A stretch of DNA of 60,934 nucleotides, filler included, from Candidatus Omnitrophota bacterium (GCA_015233495.1; 4 parts of 4 records of this genome joined end to end with filler, not necessarily neighbours in it), one strand, 5' to 3'; counted from the first letter of the whole stretch, positions 30,945 to 41,481 are shown. Notes: generated by a model not told the origin, from the sequence alone. Made by a program: numbers and translations.

Positions 30945-31358
30945 AATCACGCGGTTTTTTTCATAAGGCGAAAGGTTGACCCAAAGGTCTTTCTCGGGGA
31001 CAGTGAGCGCGGCGAGAAAATACTTGATCAGCTGACGGGACGCGTCGCTGAGTGAATTTGCCCGGTTCTGATTTGCCAGAGATTTATCCTCGCCGGTGTC
31101 GAGAATAAAATCCAGGCGCAGAGGGTTATGGGTGTAAACCTTGATCCCTTTTAATACCGGTGGTATATGCGGGGCGCTTAAGCGAACCATGGCTCCGGCC
31201 GGAGGCAAAAAAATACCGCTCTGACTAAAAGCGGATGGCGGGATCATGGTCGTCAGTTTAAAAAAAAGAATCGAACACGGAACTATGACCGGGAAAATAG
31301 GGCCAGTTCTGACTCGAAAAAGGCTGAAATCCCTATGTCGGCGAACATTCTCATCCAT
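30945..31358 (-). CDS. N-terminal fragment of a large protein (motif recalled from Omnitrophota giant proteins), cut by contig end
   Basis: P.LKGIKV...NPLRLDFILDTG, LIKYFLAALTVPEKDLWVNLSPYEKNRVI. Confidence 0.65.
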
Positions 31359-31431
31359 ATATTAAGTTTAACATATGTATTCATATTTGATAAGGTGACG
31401 AATCGAAGCGAATCGAATAAATCACGATAAA

Positions 31432-31484
31432 TAGTGACAGGCACTAATTATTGAAAAAATAATTCGTGCCTGTCACTAATTATT
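31432..31484. repeat. REP-like palindrome pair
   Basis: TAGTGACAGGCACTAATTATT (31432-31452) inverted with 31458-31478, one mismatch; the unit recurs at 46175-46199. Confidence 0.8.
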
Positions 31485-31506
31485 CCCTATTTATTCTATT
31501 TATTCC

Positions 31507-32832
31507 TTACGGATGCTTGACCCGGCCGCGGCCGTCGCAATAGGGACATTTGTAGAAGGAGATGGATTCGATGGTCTTGCCGGTGCGTTCCCGGGTCATT
31601 TCCACGAGACCTAACGGGGAAATTTTATACACTTCGGTTTTGGCGTGATCGCGGGCCAGCTCGCGTTTGAGGGCCTCAACCACGCGGCGCTTGTTGTCTT
31701 CCCGTACCATGTCGATAAAATCAATAACAATGATGCCGCCTAAATCGCGCAAGCGCAGCTGCCGGGCGATCTCCGGGACAACTTCCATATTCACCATAAA
31801 CGCCGCTTCGCCAGGCGAGGCGTGAGTTTTAAATTTACCGCTGTTGACATCTACGACTATCAACCCTTCGGTCTGTTCAATCACCACGTAAGCGCCGGAT
31901 TTGCAATAGACATGGCGGTCATAAATCTGCTGCAGGTCTTTGCTGATGTGTTTGCCTTCAAACAAAGGCGTTTCTCCGCGGTAATGCTGAATTTTATCCA
32001 GCATTTCCCGGCCGATTTGGGTCTGGACGAATTTGCGGATCCGCTCATAATCGTCTTTGGAATCTATGATCAGTTTATCGACATCATCGGTTAGGTAATC
32101 GCGCACGATTTTCCAAGTCAATTCCCCTTCTTCATAGATCAATGCCGGGGCCTTTTCCAGTTCCGCTTTTTTATTGATCTTTAGCCAAAGGGTGTATAAA
32201 AATTTCGCGTCCCGCACCATTTCCCGTTTGCCCTGGCCGGATGACACGGTGCGGATAATAAACCCGCCCGACGATACGAAATTAAATTCTTGCATAATCT
32301 CCCGCAGACGCTGGCGTTCCTGGCCGTCTTCAATCCGCTTCGAAATGCCGGTCTGCTGGTCATAGGGCATATAAACCACAAACCGGCCCGGCAAAGTGAT
32401 GTGGGACGTTAAACGCGCCCCTTTTTCGCCGAACGGGTCTTTCACCACCTGGACTAAAATTTCCTGCCCGACTTTAAACGGAATTTCGTGTTTTCCCCGG
32501 CGTTCTTTCACCGGTTCCGCCGCGGCAGGCGGCGGCTCGGTTTTGGTTTTCTGAAAAATCCGGCGGATCAATTTGCGCGGGCCGGACATTTCTTCTTCCA
32601 CGAAAGGACTGACCACGTCCGTCAGATAAAGAAATCCGTTCTTGCCCTGGCCGATGTTTACGAACGCCGCGTTGATCGAAGGAAGCACCGACTCCACACG
32701 GCCCTTGTAGATATTTCCCAACAACGACTGATAACGGTCCACTTCAATTTGAAAATCTTCCACCCGGCCGTTATCGACAATGGCGACCAAGCGTTCGCCT
32801 TTTTGGGTTTGGATTAAAATTTCACGCGCCAA
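31507..32832 (-). CDS. rng: Ribonuclease E/G family (RNase G)
   Basis: GNIYKGRV, AAFVNIG, KGARLT, VDVNSGK, RQLRLRDLGGIIVIDFIDM, CPYC.GRG. Confidence 0.95.
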   Translation of the reverse strand: MAREILIQTQKGERLVAIVDNGRVEDFQIEVDRYQSLLGNIYKGRVESVLPSINAAFVNIGQGKNGFLYLTDVVSPFVEEEMSGPRKLIRRIFQKTKTEPPPAAAEPVKERRGKHEIPFKVGQEILVQVVKDPFGEKGARLTSHITLPGRFVVYMPYDQQTGISKRIEDGQERQRLREIMQEFNFVSSGGFIIRTVSSGQGKREMVRDAKFLYTLWLKINKKAELEKAPALIYEEGELTWKIVRDYLTDDVDKLIIDSKDDYERIRKFVQTQIGREMLDKIQHYRGETPLFEGKHISKDLQQIYDRHVYCKSGAYVVIEQTEGLIVVDVNSGKFKTHASPGEAAFMVNMEVVPEIARQLRLRDLGGIIVIDFIDMVREDNKRRVVEALKRELARDHAKTEVYKISPLGLVEMTRERTGKTIESISFYKCPYCDGRGRVKHP

Positions 32833-32848
32833 GATTATGCCTTTCGAT

Positions 32849-34333
32849 TCAGGTTTTTTGCTGCGTACTGCCTGCCGCGGCAGTCCCCGCCGGCTTGGGG
32901 TCTCCCGCGCCGGAAGACGCGGCGTCCATCGTAATGATATGCGGCGTCACAAAAATCAACAGATCCGTTTTATCGCCGCTGTTATTTGTTTTCTTAAAAA
33001 GCCATCCGAGTAAGGGAATCCGGCCGAACCATGGTATCTCTTTTTTATATTTTGTCACGGTATTTTTAATCAACCCGCCAATGACTAAAGTTTCGCCGTT
33101 GCGAACCATGACATTGGTGGTCACTTTTTCTTTGGCTATCAAAGGCATGGTGTTGCCGCTAAAAACCGTTTCCCCGCCGCTTGAGGATACCTCGGGAGTC
33201 ACTTCCATAGTGACCAATTCTTTGCTGTTCACATGCGGAGTCACGGAGAAAGTAATGCCCATTTCAATCCAAGTGAATCCGCTGATAATCAACTGCCCTG
33301 TGTCTTTATTCAACTCATAACTCGGAATGGGATAATCCGTAGTCACGCCGATTTTCGCGGCTTTGTTATCCAAGGTCACCAACCGCGGATTCGATAAAAC
33401 CTGCGTGTCAGTCTGACTTTTCAATACTTCAAAAACCGCCTGAATCTGCGAAGCGTTCAAAGTGCCGTAAGTGAAACCCGTTGGCGCAGGAAATGCGCCC
33501 TGCAAATACGTATCCGAAACCGCATCTTTAAATGGAAAAGAAGTGGGGCGGATCGATCCACCCACGGTTATCTTGGTCAGCCAATCAATTCCCAGATTAT
33601 CGGAATCGACAAAAGTCTTTTTAATCATTTTCGCTTCAATCAGGACCTGGGGAGTCGTGGTATCCAATTGTTGTACCACTTTTTCAATCAATTTGATCCG
33701 GCTGCTGATGTCGGTAAGAATAATGGTGTTAGTCCGGTCATCCATATTGATCGAACCGCGTTCGGTTTTCATTTTTTCAATCGAATTCAAAACTTCCTTG
33801 GCCTTGCCGAAACTGAGCGGAAAGGCTTTGGTTTCCAACGGTTCTTGCTCCGCCAAAACCGCGGCGTCGTCCCGGCGTTTTTTCAAATCAGCTATCGTCG
33901 AAACCAAAATGATACTGCCTTTACGCTCAGCGGCAAAACCATAGGTGGATAAGACCACATCCAAGGCCTGCTCCCAAGGCACATTTTTCAGTTGAATTGT
34001 CACCGGACCGGTAACTGTGGGACTGGGTACAATATTGACCCCGCTTTTCAACGCTAAAATCTTTAATACGTTTTGGACGTCCGCTTCCCGAAAGTCCAAA
34101 CTGACTAAACCATTATCGCTAGCCGCGGTTTCCGCGATGGACGGTTCCGTCGTCGCGATCGGGGCGGTTTCCGTCGGCACAACTGCCGAAGCAGGAAGCA
34201 TCGTCACCGCGTTGACCGGCATTTCCACCGCATTCGCTGCCGGGTCAGCCGCTGCCGCCGGCCTTGCCCCAACGCCGGCTAAAAAAACAAACAAAATCAA
34301 ATTAAATACCCTCCCCAAAAAATGTCTGCGCAT
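32849..34333 (-). CDS. pilQ: Type IV pilus secretin PilQ
   Basis: SLDFREAD, VPWEQALD, QVLIEAK, VLSNPRLVTLDN, GETLVIGGL, IPLLGWLF, LLIFVTP. Confidence 0.92.
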   Translation of the reverse strand: MRRHFLGRVFNLILFVFLAGVGARPAAAADPAANAVEMPVNAVTMLPASAVVPTETAPIATTEPSIAETAASDNGLVSLDFREADVQNVLKILALKSGVNIVPSPTVTGPVTIQLKNVPWEQALDVVLSTYGFAAERKGSIILVSTIADLKKRRDDAAVLAEQEPLETKAFPLSFGKAKEVLNSIEKMKTERGSINMDDRTNTIILTDISSRIKLIEKVVQQLDTTTPQVLIEAKMIKKTFVDSDNLGIDWLTKITVGGSIRPTSFPFKDAVSDTYLQGAFPAPTGFTYGTLNASQIQAVFEVLKSQTDTQVLSNPRLVTLDNKAAKIGVTTDYPIPSYELNKDTGQLIISGFTWIEMGITFSVTPHVNSKELVTMEVTPEVSSSGGETVFSGNTMPLIAKEKVTTNVMVRNGETLVIGGLIKNTVTKYKKEIPWFGRIPLLGWLFKKTNNSGDKTDLLIFVTPHIITMDAASSGAGDPKPAGTAAAGSTQQKT

Positions 34334-34344
34334 CTTCCGCTCCT

Positions 34345-34713
34345 TTAATTGTTTCCCGCCGCCCCTTCCGTCTTCATTTTCAATTCAAATACTTCTGTGC
34401 CTTTGCTGAGTAAGACGCCGTCTTTAACAATTTTTTTCACCGTAAAATCGCCTAACTTATCATTTTCTTGGAGCACCCGGCCGTTGATAATCACCGAACT
34501 TTCTTCCGGCTTGCCCAACATGACCCCTTCCAATTTCATGTCCGATATCGAAAATTCCGTCTCCACATGACGAATCATGCCCGTAACTGTAACTAAGCTC
34601 CACAAAGGGTCCCGTTTGCCGTGATCTTGGTAAACAAACGGCTTGACCTCTTCGCCATAAGCGATAGCCGCGGACAAAAATACCACCGATACCAAAATCA
34701 TTGGCCTGTTCAC
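34345..34713 (-). CDS. pilP: PilP-like pilus assembly protein
   Basis: KRDPL motif, LEGV, IING; lies between pilO and pilQ, with GTG overlapping the pilO stop. Confidence 0.75.
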   Translation of the reverse strand: MNRPMILVSVVFLSAAIAYGEEVKPFVYQDHGKRDPLWSLVTVTGMIRHVETEFSISDMKLEGVMLGKPEESSVIINGRVLQENDKLGDFTVKKIVKDGVLLSKGTEVFELKMKTEGAAGNN

Positions 34714-35306
34714 CGAACAATCTCCTCGTAAACCACCGCTTTTAAAACCAATCGACAAGCATGCCGGGCCGAATCCCCATCGCCCACCACCGCGAATTCG
34801 CCCATGCCCAAATAAACATCTCCGGTTTCAATCCGGTTGATAAACCGGCCGAAATCATGATAGTTGCCCCGCAGTTTTACCTGAATCGGCAGCATGAAAT
34901 ATTCGCGGTTTCCGTCTTTGAGCAAAGATTTTTGCTTTTCCATATCCGGTGTCATCTGGTCAATCACCACCCCGCTCTGATTGGCAGTCACCGAAATGTG
35001 CTCCAACAAAGTCGGCAGCTCGGAACGCGCCCGCACACTCTGATTGATCCGCCCGACATCGACGCGCATCCGCTCCACTTCTTTTTTGTACACCTCAATT
35101 TTCCCCATGTCCTCAGCGGCTTTATTCAAATTTTCCTCGAGAATTTTAATCTGCGGATTAATTTTGGATAAAGCCGCCAATTGCGGGTTCATTAAGACAA
35201 AATAATCTACAAGAAAAAAAGAAAACAAAATCCCCGCCAGGATGGCGTAGCGCTGTTTTTCATCAATCGCGTTTATCCACGCGGCAATTTGGTCTTGAAT
35301 GTTCAT
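34710..35306 (-). CDS. pilO: Type IV pilus assembly protein PilO
   Basis: TM plus coiled coil, ELPTLLE, GNYHDFGRFI..IE. Confidence 0.9.
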   Translation of the reverse strand: MNIQDQIAAWINAIDEKQRYAILAGILFSFFLVDYFVLMNPQLAALSKINPQIKILEENLNKAAEDMGKIEVYKKEVERMRVDVGRINQSVRARSELPTLLEHISVTANQSGVVIDQMTPDMEKQKSLLKDGNREYFMLPIQVKLRGNYHDFGRFINRIETGDVYLGMGEFAVVGDGDSARHACRLVLKAVVYEEIVR

Positions 35307-35893
35307 GGGTTTTTCATTTTGGCGGTAATCACGAAATCCGTGATCTCCGTGTTCATAATTTTCCGGCGTTCGATCGACCCCAATTCCACCGCGGCAAAAC
35401 CGTTGATAAAATATTCATTTTTTTTCAAATTCGCGGCTAAGGTATGCACGTTAATCATCTCCTGAGATTCCAAAGTGAGGGCGCTGCCTTGAACAAATAA
35501 AATATGCTCCGGCGATAAATTGATCTGGCGCAGCCACACGCCCCGCGGTAAAACATCGCTGATGATATTCAAGCGTTGAGCCCACGTCACCTCTTCCTTT
35601 TTAAGAATGGCCTGGACCGCGCGCTGCGTGCTTTGCATTTGCCGCAGCTCTGCCAACACGGCGTCCACCTTTTTTTTCCTCGGCTGCAAGGCGGTCCATT
35701 GGGCGTTCAATTGTCCTTGCCGGGCCAATTCCGTCAAATTTATAAAAAGCAAAATCACATGCGCGGCGACGAGCAAAAGGACTAAACCGCCGCCCGCGCC
35801 GATCACGATCTCCGGCGGGATCTGAAAACCGCCCGCGCCGTTTTTCCGCTTTTTGCGACGCGACTGAGGGGGAACTAAATTGATATCAATCAT
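35303..35893 (-). CDS. pilN: Type IV pilus assembly protein PilN
   Basis: N-terminal DINLVP motif, TM, P.GVWL. Confidence 0.9.
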   Translation of the reverse strand: MIDINLVPPQSRRKKRKNGAGGFQIPPEIVIGAGGGLVLLLVAAHVILLFINLTELARQGQLNAQWTALQPRKKKVDAVLAELRQMQSTQRAVQAILKKEEVTWAQRLNIISDVLPRGVWLRQINLSPEHILFVQGSALTLESQEMINVHTLAANLKKNEYFINGFAAVELGSIERRKIMNTEITDFVITAKMKNP

Positions 35894-36959
35894 AATCAGC
35901 CAAAGCCAGCCCTAAGGCGGCGCCAAATTTTACGCCGCGGCTTTCCACCTCAGCGGCGGAAATCGAAGCGGGTATTTTTAAATATTGCAGCGGATTCCAC
36001 ACGGTAAGCGCCGAATCCATTTGATTTTGTAAAACCGGAACAATTCCCGGGATCAAGGCTCCGCCGCCGGTCAAATAAACCGCCTTGACATCTTGGTCAT
36101 TTTCCGTCGAAAAATAATCGAAAGACAGCCGGATTTCCCGGATCAAATTTTGGGCCGGCGCTTCATAAACGCCCATCACCGCTTCCAAACGGTCGCCGGG
36201 CTGATTGCGCAATTGCACCGCTTCGGCGGGGTTAAGGCTCAAAGCCTGACTCAACCTCCGGGTAAATTCCAATCCGCCGATAAAAATATCGCGGCAAAAC
36301 CGCGGCTGGCCGTTGACCATCACGGTCAAATTGCTCCCCGACTCACCCATATCCAATATACCTACAGCTTCATCCTTCGCGGCAAAGGTGTCTTTCGCCA
36401 AAATTTGAACCACATTGGCCAACGCGATCGGGTTTAAACTCAAATAATCCCCGGCCCAACCTTGGGCCAGCAAAAATTTTATCCGTTCATCCGCCATCTC
36501 CTTGCGCACCGCGGCCGCCATAACATCCATCTGACGCCCCTTGCCCGCGGGATCCAAAATATAACAGTCGGTGTAAATTTGATCCGCGGGAAAAGGAAAA
36601 TATTTATCCGCCTCTACGGAAAACGCGTTGCGCAGTTCATCGAGCGGCATACGCGGCATTTCAATAAACCGGATCAATGTCCCTTTGCCGGTCAACGCCG
36701 TGTACACCGCTTTGGGCGGATGTTCGGTTTTGCTGATCAACTTACCCAAAACTTGCGCCGGGTCCCCATTGCCGGCGATCGGCTCGCTGGCCCAGCGTTC
36801 CAATTCAAAGCCTTCTTTGGTTTTTTTAATCGCGACAAATTTATATTCCGCGCTCCCTATGTCTAAACCGGCGGCAATCCCTACCGGTGTTTGGGGAATA
36901 AACCTACGGATAAACCCAAAATAGGCGTTGAAAATTTTTTTCAGGCGAGGCTCGTTCAT
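35886..36959 (-). CDS. pilM: Type IV pilus assembly protein PilM
   Basis: GLDIGS, LDMG, GG..FT, YLTGGGA, A.GLAL. Confidence 0.93.
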   Translation of the reverse strand: MNEPRLKKIFNAYFGFIRRFIPQTPVGIAAGLDIGSAEYKFVAIKKTKEGFELERWASEPIAGNGDPAQVLGKLISKTEHPPKAVYTALTGKGTLIRFIEMPRMPLDELRNAFSVEADKYFPFPADQIYTDCYILDPAGKGRQMDVMAAAVRKEMADERIKFLLAQGWAGDYLSLNPIALANVVQILAKDTFAAKDEAVGILDMGESGSNLTVMVNGQPRFCRDIFIGGLEFTRRLSQALSLNPAEAVQLRNQPGDRLEAVMGVYEAPAQNLIREIRLSFDYFSTENDQDVKAVYLTGGGALIPGIVPVLQNQMDSALTVWNPLQYLKIPASISAAEVESRGVKFGAALGLALADYD

Positions 36960-37029
36960 GCGGTTATTTTATACCAGATATTCCGCAAAATGAAGCGGAT
37001 TAACAAGTAATTCAACCCGAACTTTTGCG

Positions 37030-37347
37030 CTACTGCAAAAGCAATTCGCTTTTCGCGGGAGGCTCGTAAATAACTTTGGGATTTGCCGCGGGCCGCGGCA
37101 AGGAATCCGGCCGCCTCACGGTTTCCCGCGCGGGCACGGATGCCTTGTCGATAATCACCGGCAGATTCGTTGTTGGGATGGTCTCCCGCTTGCCCCCAGA
37201 CAAAGGAACCCTAATCGCCGCCGGCTCGGAAACGGTTTTGACTTGATTGGTAATCCAACGGTTAAGGAAAAAAATCAATAGGCCCAGCCCCAGTAAAGCC
37301 GCGGCCGCCAAAACTACCGGGGCCGAAATAGCTGGTTTATTGTTCAT
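37030..37347 (-). CDS. Hypothetical membrane-anchored protein
   Basis: Single N-terminal TM; translationally coupled to the upstream gene. Confidence 0.6.
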   Translation of the reverse strand: MNNKPAISAPVVLAAAALLGLGLLIFFLNRWITNQVKTVSEPAAIRVPLSGGKRETIPTTNLPVIIDKASVPARETVRRPDSLPRPAANPKVIYEPPAKSELLLQ

Positions 37348-39044
37348 CAGCTTCCTCCTTCTTGCACAACTAATTTATCGGCAATATCATTGGTAAACGC
37401 CACAAACGTGTTTAACGTCGGAAAATACGGCGGAGCTGACCCGGTTTTCATCCGCTGGTCATAAACAAAATTACGGCCATATCCCGACACCCGCGTGCCG
37501 GATGCCGAATTGAACTGTCCGAAAGCCCCATAATTATTCTGAATCACCCCGCCTAAAACCGTGATGATCCCCCGATCACCCCGGGTCTGATCATCATAAT
37601 TATCCACAGTGACAATCCCGTTTTTCGCCAACAGGGTCCCATGAATCTGCATATTGCTCGGCGCGCTCGACCCAATATGCACATTGCCCGTCCAGGAAAC
37701 AATCCCGAGCAAATTCGTAGCGTTATCAACCTCCGGAGGAGTATAGCCCGTAGTTCCCGGAGTGCCTGATCCGGGGGTATAGCTGGCGTAAGTAATATTG
37801 CCGTTGATGGTCGTGTCATTGTGACTGGAAACCGTCAGCTGGGTATCCTGTTGGATCGTTCCCCGCAGATCGGTAATATTGCCGTCGACGTAAATGAGTG
37901 TCCCGATCCGGTCAACCCCTTCCGGTTTCCCGGAATACGTAGTGGAGGAGCCTCCGGAAACAACCGTTGTCTGATTAGTCGAGCGGTTTACCGTGATCGT
38001 TTTGGTGGCGCTGCCTTGAGTGATTGTGTAAACCGCGTTGTTGCTCGCGTCCACGGAAAGCGCTACCGAACTGTCGCCCTTAACGTAAATCCCGCCGTTC
38101 AAAGTGCTGCCGCTCGCCGGAACGTAAATGCCGTTCGTCGAATAAGTCTGCCCGCCGCGCGCCTGGTCGATCACGCTCTGTTCCGCGACCGGAGATGACA
38201 ACGACACGCTGGGCGCGGAACGGTCCAATCCTTGGGCAAAAACCGGCACGTCAATATTGCTGTTATGATCGTCTTCAATCAACAACGGACTGCCTTTATT
38301 ATTATACCGGGCCGAACTTTGGGTTTGGGTGACCTGGTCGCTAAAAGAGGGATTATAAGCGAAATTGAAACGGTCATTCGTATGCACCGGACCGTAAAAA
38401 TTCGTGCCGGCGTTAAAATAGACCGGTGTGTTGTCCGGCATACTTTGACTGTTGGTGTACAGAGAATAACGCGCGAAATTGTCCCGCTGGACCCGCACCG
38501 TAAAATCGCCGGAAAGCGCCAAACGACGATTCACCCCGGCAATGATGGCTCTGGTTTCCGCCATAAACTGATAAGCGAAATCCCATTTATCGGTGGATAC
38601 AGCTACCGGATCCGATTTCTTCGTAAAATGAATAGTGTAGTTATAAGTACCCTGTCCGAAAGTGACCGGGTTCGGCGAAGAATACCGCGCTTCCGTGCCG
38701 GAAAGCGTTAATTGCGCGACATTATTCCCGTCTTTCACGTTGGCAATCAGATAACCGATCGCGTCGTGGCTGGTCACATAACTTTGCGCCGTAGAAACCA
38801 CCACCGAAGGGTTAATCCCGTTGATTGTGTTTTGCATATCCGTATTGATGAGCGTGTTGATCTGATCCAAAGCCGCGGCTTGTCCGCCTTCCGCGACATA
38901 ATAGGACTGAACCTGATTCCGGTCTTGCTTCGTCATATTGCTGTCATGGACTGTCCGTAAAATAAAAACCGCGCTGATCCCGATAAAGATCAACATCACG
39001 AACAAGGAAAATAAAAACGCGACGCCCTTTTTGTCAGAAATCAT
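37347..39044 (-). CDS. PilX-like minor pilin with large C-terminal domain (DUF4900-like)
   Basis: KKGVAFLFSL, YYVAEGG, GPVHTN, GY..NFVYD.R....PPYFP. Confidence 0.8.
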   Translation of the reverse strand: MISDKKGVAFLFSLFVMLIFIGISAVFILRTVHDSNMTKQDRNQVQSYYVAEGGQAAALDQINTLINTDMQNTINGINPSVVVSTAQSYVTSHDAIGYLIANVKDGNNVAQLTLSGTEARYSSPNPVTFGQGTYNYTIHFTKKSDPVAVSTDKWDFAYQFMAETRAIIAGVNRRLALSGDFTVRVQRDNFARYSLYTNSQSMPDNTPVYFNAGTNFYGPVHTNDRFNFAYNPSFSDQVTQTQSSARYNNKGSPLLIEDDHNSNIDVPVFAQGLDRSAPSVSLSSPVAEQSVIDQARGGQTYSTNGIYVPASGSTLNGGIYVKGDSSVALSVDASNNAVYTITQGSATKTITVNRSTNQTTVVSGGSSTTYSGKPEGVDRIGTLIYVDGNITDLRGTIQQDTQLTVSSHNDTTINGNITYASYTPGSGTPGTTGYTPPEVDNATNLLGIVSWTGNVHIGSSAPSNMQIHGTLLAKNGIVTVDNYDDQTRGDRGIITVLGGVIQNNYGAFGQFNSASGTRVSGYGRNFVYDQRMKTGSAPPYFPTLNTFVAFTNDIADKLVVQEGGS

Positions 39045-39048
39045 AAAA

Positions 39049-39723
39049 TTACCTCAGGTTGCGAAACCGAATGCTCATCGATTCGGTATCGGTGATCACC
39101 CGCCCATTGTTGGCCAGCACCGACCCGCCCACCGTGACAATCACGCCTTTTCCCGAATTGAGCCACTGAATCTGCAGCTGCAGCATCTGCGAAGCAATGA
39201 CATCTTCGCGTACGATCGTCGCGCCAGCGTTACCCGCCAAAACCCGCCGCACCAATAACGTGCCGGTCCCGGCGTATGCGCTGGTCGCCAACCTATATTC
39301 AATAAATTGATAATCCCGGGTGTTACAATTATTATCCGCGTCCATGCACGTCGAGCTTAAGCATCCCCAAGTCAATGGCGCTCCCCACGCCGCCACATTG
39401 CCATTGGCATCCATTACGTTCATTCCCGTCTGGCATAAAATCGGGATTGAAAACCGAATAATATCGGAGCCGCCGATTCCCGTGCCCGTATTAATCGTCG
39501 CCTGAACCACATTGCTGCCATCCGCCCCGCATTGCCGAAGCTCCGCTGCCATTTTATTCACGGCCATCCGCAAATTTTCGCGCACCCGGATATTCGCGTC
39601 GGTCTTCGCCCAGGACGAGCGCCCCGCCGCCAATGCTCCCAAAACTCCCGCCACCAAAACCGTGAATATGGCAAGTGTCACCATCATTTCAAATAAACTC
39701 CAACCTTGGCATTGATCACGCAT
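39049..39723 (-). CDS. Minor pilin, PilW-like
   Basis: Prepilin motif G/WSLFEMMV. Confidence 0.8.
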   Translation of the reverse strand: MRDQCQGWSLFEMMVTLAIFTVLVAGVLGALAAGRSSWAKTDANIRVRENLRMAVNKMAAELRQCGADGSNVVQATINTGTGIGGSDIIRFSIPILCQTGMNVMDANGNVAAWGAPLTWGCLSSTCMDADNNCNTRDYQFIEYRLATSAYAGTGTLLVRRVLAGNAGATIVREDVIASQMLQLQIQWLNSGKGVIVTVGGSVLANNGRVITDTESMSIRFRNLR

Positions 39724-39725
39724 AA

Positions 39726-40190
39726 TTAATCCCGATCGAAAAACAGAGCTTTCAACTGAACCGGAGAATCTAAAATCCCGTTGGTCGCGGATTCACCGAC
39801 ATCATAACGGCCGTTTAAATTGCGATCACCGCCAATAACCCGGCCGTTTTTTTGCGCCCAGGAAAACGAACTGGTTACCCGCAGCAGCTTCGCGCCCGCG
39901 TCCTCCACATAAGTCACGCCAATACCGTTAAATCCGCCCTGGGAAAATGTCACATTGTTATATGTGCCGGCAATTTGATTAAACGCCGTGTCCTCAATCG
40001 CTTCCATCCGATTTTTCGACAAAATCAAAGCTGTTTCTGAAGCCCGCGACATCTCGTTCCATTCCATACAGCGGATATATCCGACCAAAACCCCGACTAA
40101 GGCAACCATAATAAATAACACCGCGACCATCAGCTCGGCCAAAGTCATGCCCAAATTTTTTTTAAAGCTGCCGCTCAATAATAGTTTCAC
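39726..40190 (-). CDS. Minor pilin, PilV-like
   Basis: Prepilin motif G/MTLAELMV; GTG start after AGAAGG. Confidence 0.8.
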   Translation of the reverse strand: MKLLLSGSFKKNLGMTLAELMVAVLFIMVALVGVLVGYIRCMEWNEMSRASETALILSKNRMEAIEDTAFNQIAGTYNNVTFSQGGFNGIGVTYVEDAGAKLLRVTSSFSWAQKNGRVIGGDRNLNGRYDVGESATNGILDSPVQLKALFFDRD

Positions 40191-40265
40191 GTCGCCTTCT
40201 CTCTTATCCCAACACAATGTCGGTTTCCGCGCTATCCTCGGTTAACGGCGCACCGTAAACAACGA

Positions 40266-40286
40266 GGGGGACTCCCTGAGTCCCCC
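40266..40286 (-). terminator. GC hairpin downstream of pilin 1 (attenuator or mRNA-stabilising stem)
   Basis: GGGGGACTC-CCT-GAGTCCCCC; weak U-tract. Confidence 0.55.
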
Positions 40287-40319
40287 GTCGCTGTGTTACA
40301 AAATGGCCAACGTAAAAAA

Positions 40320-40712
40320 TTAATACGCGGTTAAAATACTTCCGGTGGTCATGGTGTACGTGCTCGAACCCGAAGTGTCGCGGGTCGCCGCGCCAGCCAT
40401 AAATGTATAACCAGCGGTAGTCATGGTACACGAATAATAATAACCGGATATTGTCTGACTGCAATAGTCCTTTTGTAAATACGGCGGCGTGGCTCCCGTC
40501 AAAGCCGTCATCGTGGCCGGATAAGTTCCGTTAGCCGCGGTTTGAAACGTTTCCGAAGCTGTGGCCAAGGTGCGCAAAGTGCTTTGCGCCAAGGCGTCAT
40601 TCGCGGAAATTTTCGCTCTCAACAAATTGGGAATAGCGATCGCGGCCAAAAGAGCGATGATGGCCACCACGATCATAATTTCGACGAGTGTAAAACCTTT
40701 TTGATTCCTCAT
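40320..40712 (-). CDS. pilA: Type IV pilin (major-type), copy 1
   Basis: MRNQKG/FTLVEIMIVVAIIALLAAIAIPNL; Cys pair; RBS AAGGAGG. Confidence 0.9.
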   Translation of the reverse strand: MRNQKGFTLVEIMIVVAIIALLAAIAIPNLLRAKISANDALAQSTLRTLATASETFQTAANGTYPATMTALTGATPPYLQKDYCSQTISGYYYSCTMTTAGYTFMAGAATRDTSGSSTYTMTTGSILTAY

Positions 40713-40843
40713 TACATTACCTCCTTTTGGCGGAGGAAAAAGCGTCCATCCCCGATAAAGCCGAAACGTGAAAACAAATGATGACATTATTTCCCGGAAT
40801 GAACCTTTACTTTTTCGCTCCATTTTAGTTAAATTTCTTGTTT

Positions 40844-40873
40844 ATTCTAACATCGGCCTCCTTTCCTTGTCAA
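40844..40873 (-). promoter_or_regulatory. Sigma70-like promoter for pilin copy 1
   Basis: TTGACA (40873-40868), 18 bp, TGn-TAGAAT (40849-40844). Confidence 0.6.
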
Positions 40874-40896
40874 ACCATTAACGATAATTTTAAATA

Positions 40897-41289
40897 TCAT
40901 TGCGCCGTTAAAATACTGCCGGTCGTCACCGTATAAGTGCTCGAGCCGGAAGTTCCCCGGGTAGTGGGTGACGCCTTAAATGTATACCCGGCCGCGCCCA
41001 TGGTACAGGAGTAACTAAATCCGCTAACCGTCGTATTGCAATAATCTTTTGAAATATACGGCGGCGTCGCTCCCGTCAAAGCCGTCATATCATTCGGGTA
41101 CGACCAGCTTGAAGACGTCTGATAAGTTTCCGTGGCCGTCGACATCGTCTTTAACGTATTTTGCGCCACCGCGTCATTCGCGGCGATTTTCGCCCGCAAT
41201 AAATTAGGTATGGCGATCGAGGCTAGCAACGCAATAATCGCCACGACAATCATGATCTCAACCAGAGTAAACCCTTGTCGGTTTCTCAC
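40897..41289 (-). CDS. pilA: Type IV pilin (major-type), copy 2
   Basis: MRNRQG/FTLVEIMIVVAIIALLASIAIPNL; close paralog of copy 1. Confidence 0.9.
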   Translation of the reverse strand: MRNRQGFTLVEIMIVVAIIALLASIAIPNLLRAKIAANDAVAQNTLKTMSTATETYQTSSSWSYPNDMTALTGATPPYISKDYCNTTVSGFSYSCTMGAAGYTFKASPTTRGTSGSSTYTVTTGSILTAQ

Positions 41290-41481
41290 GCTATTACCTC
41301 CCTTGATTACGAGTCCAAGCCGCGTTTTGTCAAAGGGAGGTAAAATAAATAATAAAAATTATGCCGTCTTTTCCCTTTATTATTCTGATGCACGCCGCTT
41401 TGACTCTTTTACCGGTCAATTTTTATAATTTTAACACTCACCCCCTTTCCCAGTCCACGGTTAATCCGACAATTTTTATAT

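Noticed and set aside
32895..34409. Plus-strand ORFs antisense to pilQ, and similar shadow ORFs throughout the window
   Set aside because: They overlap well-supported genes on the opposite strand and carry no motifs.
40320..41289. Electrically conductive (e-pilin) interpretation of the Tyr-rich pilins
   Set aside because: No aromatic residue between F1 and position 50 of the mature pilins, so the conserved N-terminal aromatics of e-pilins are missing.
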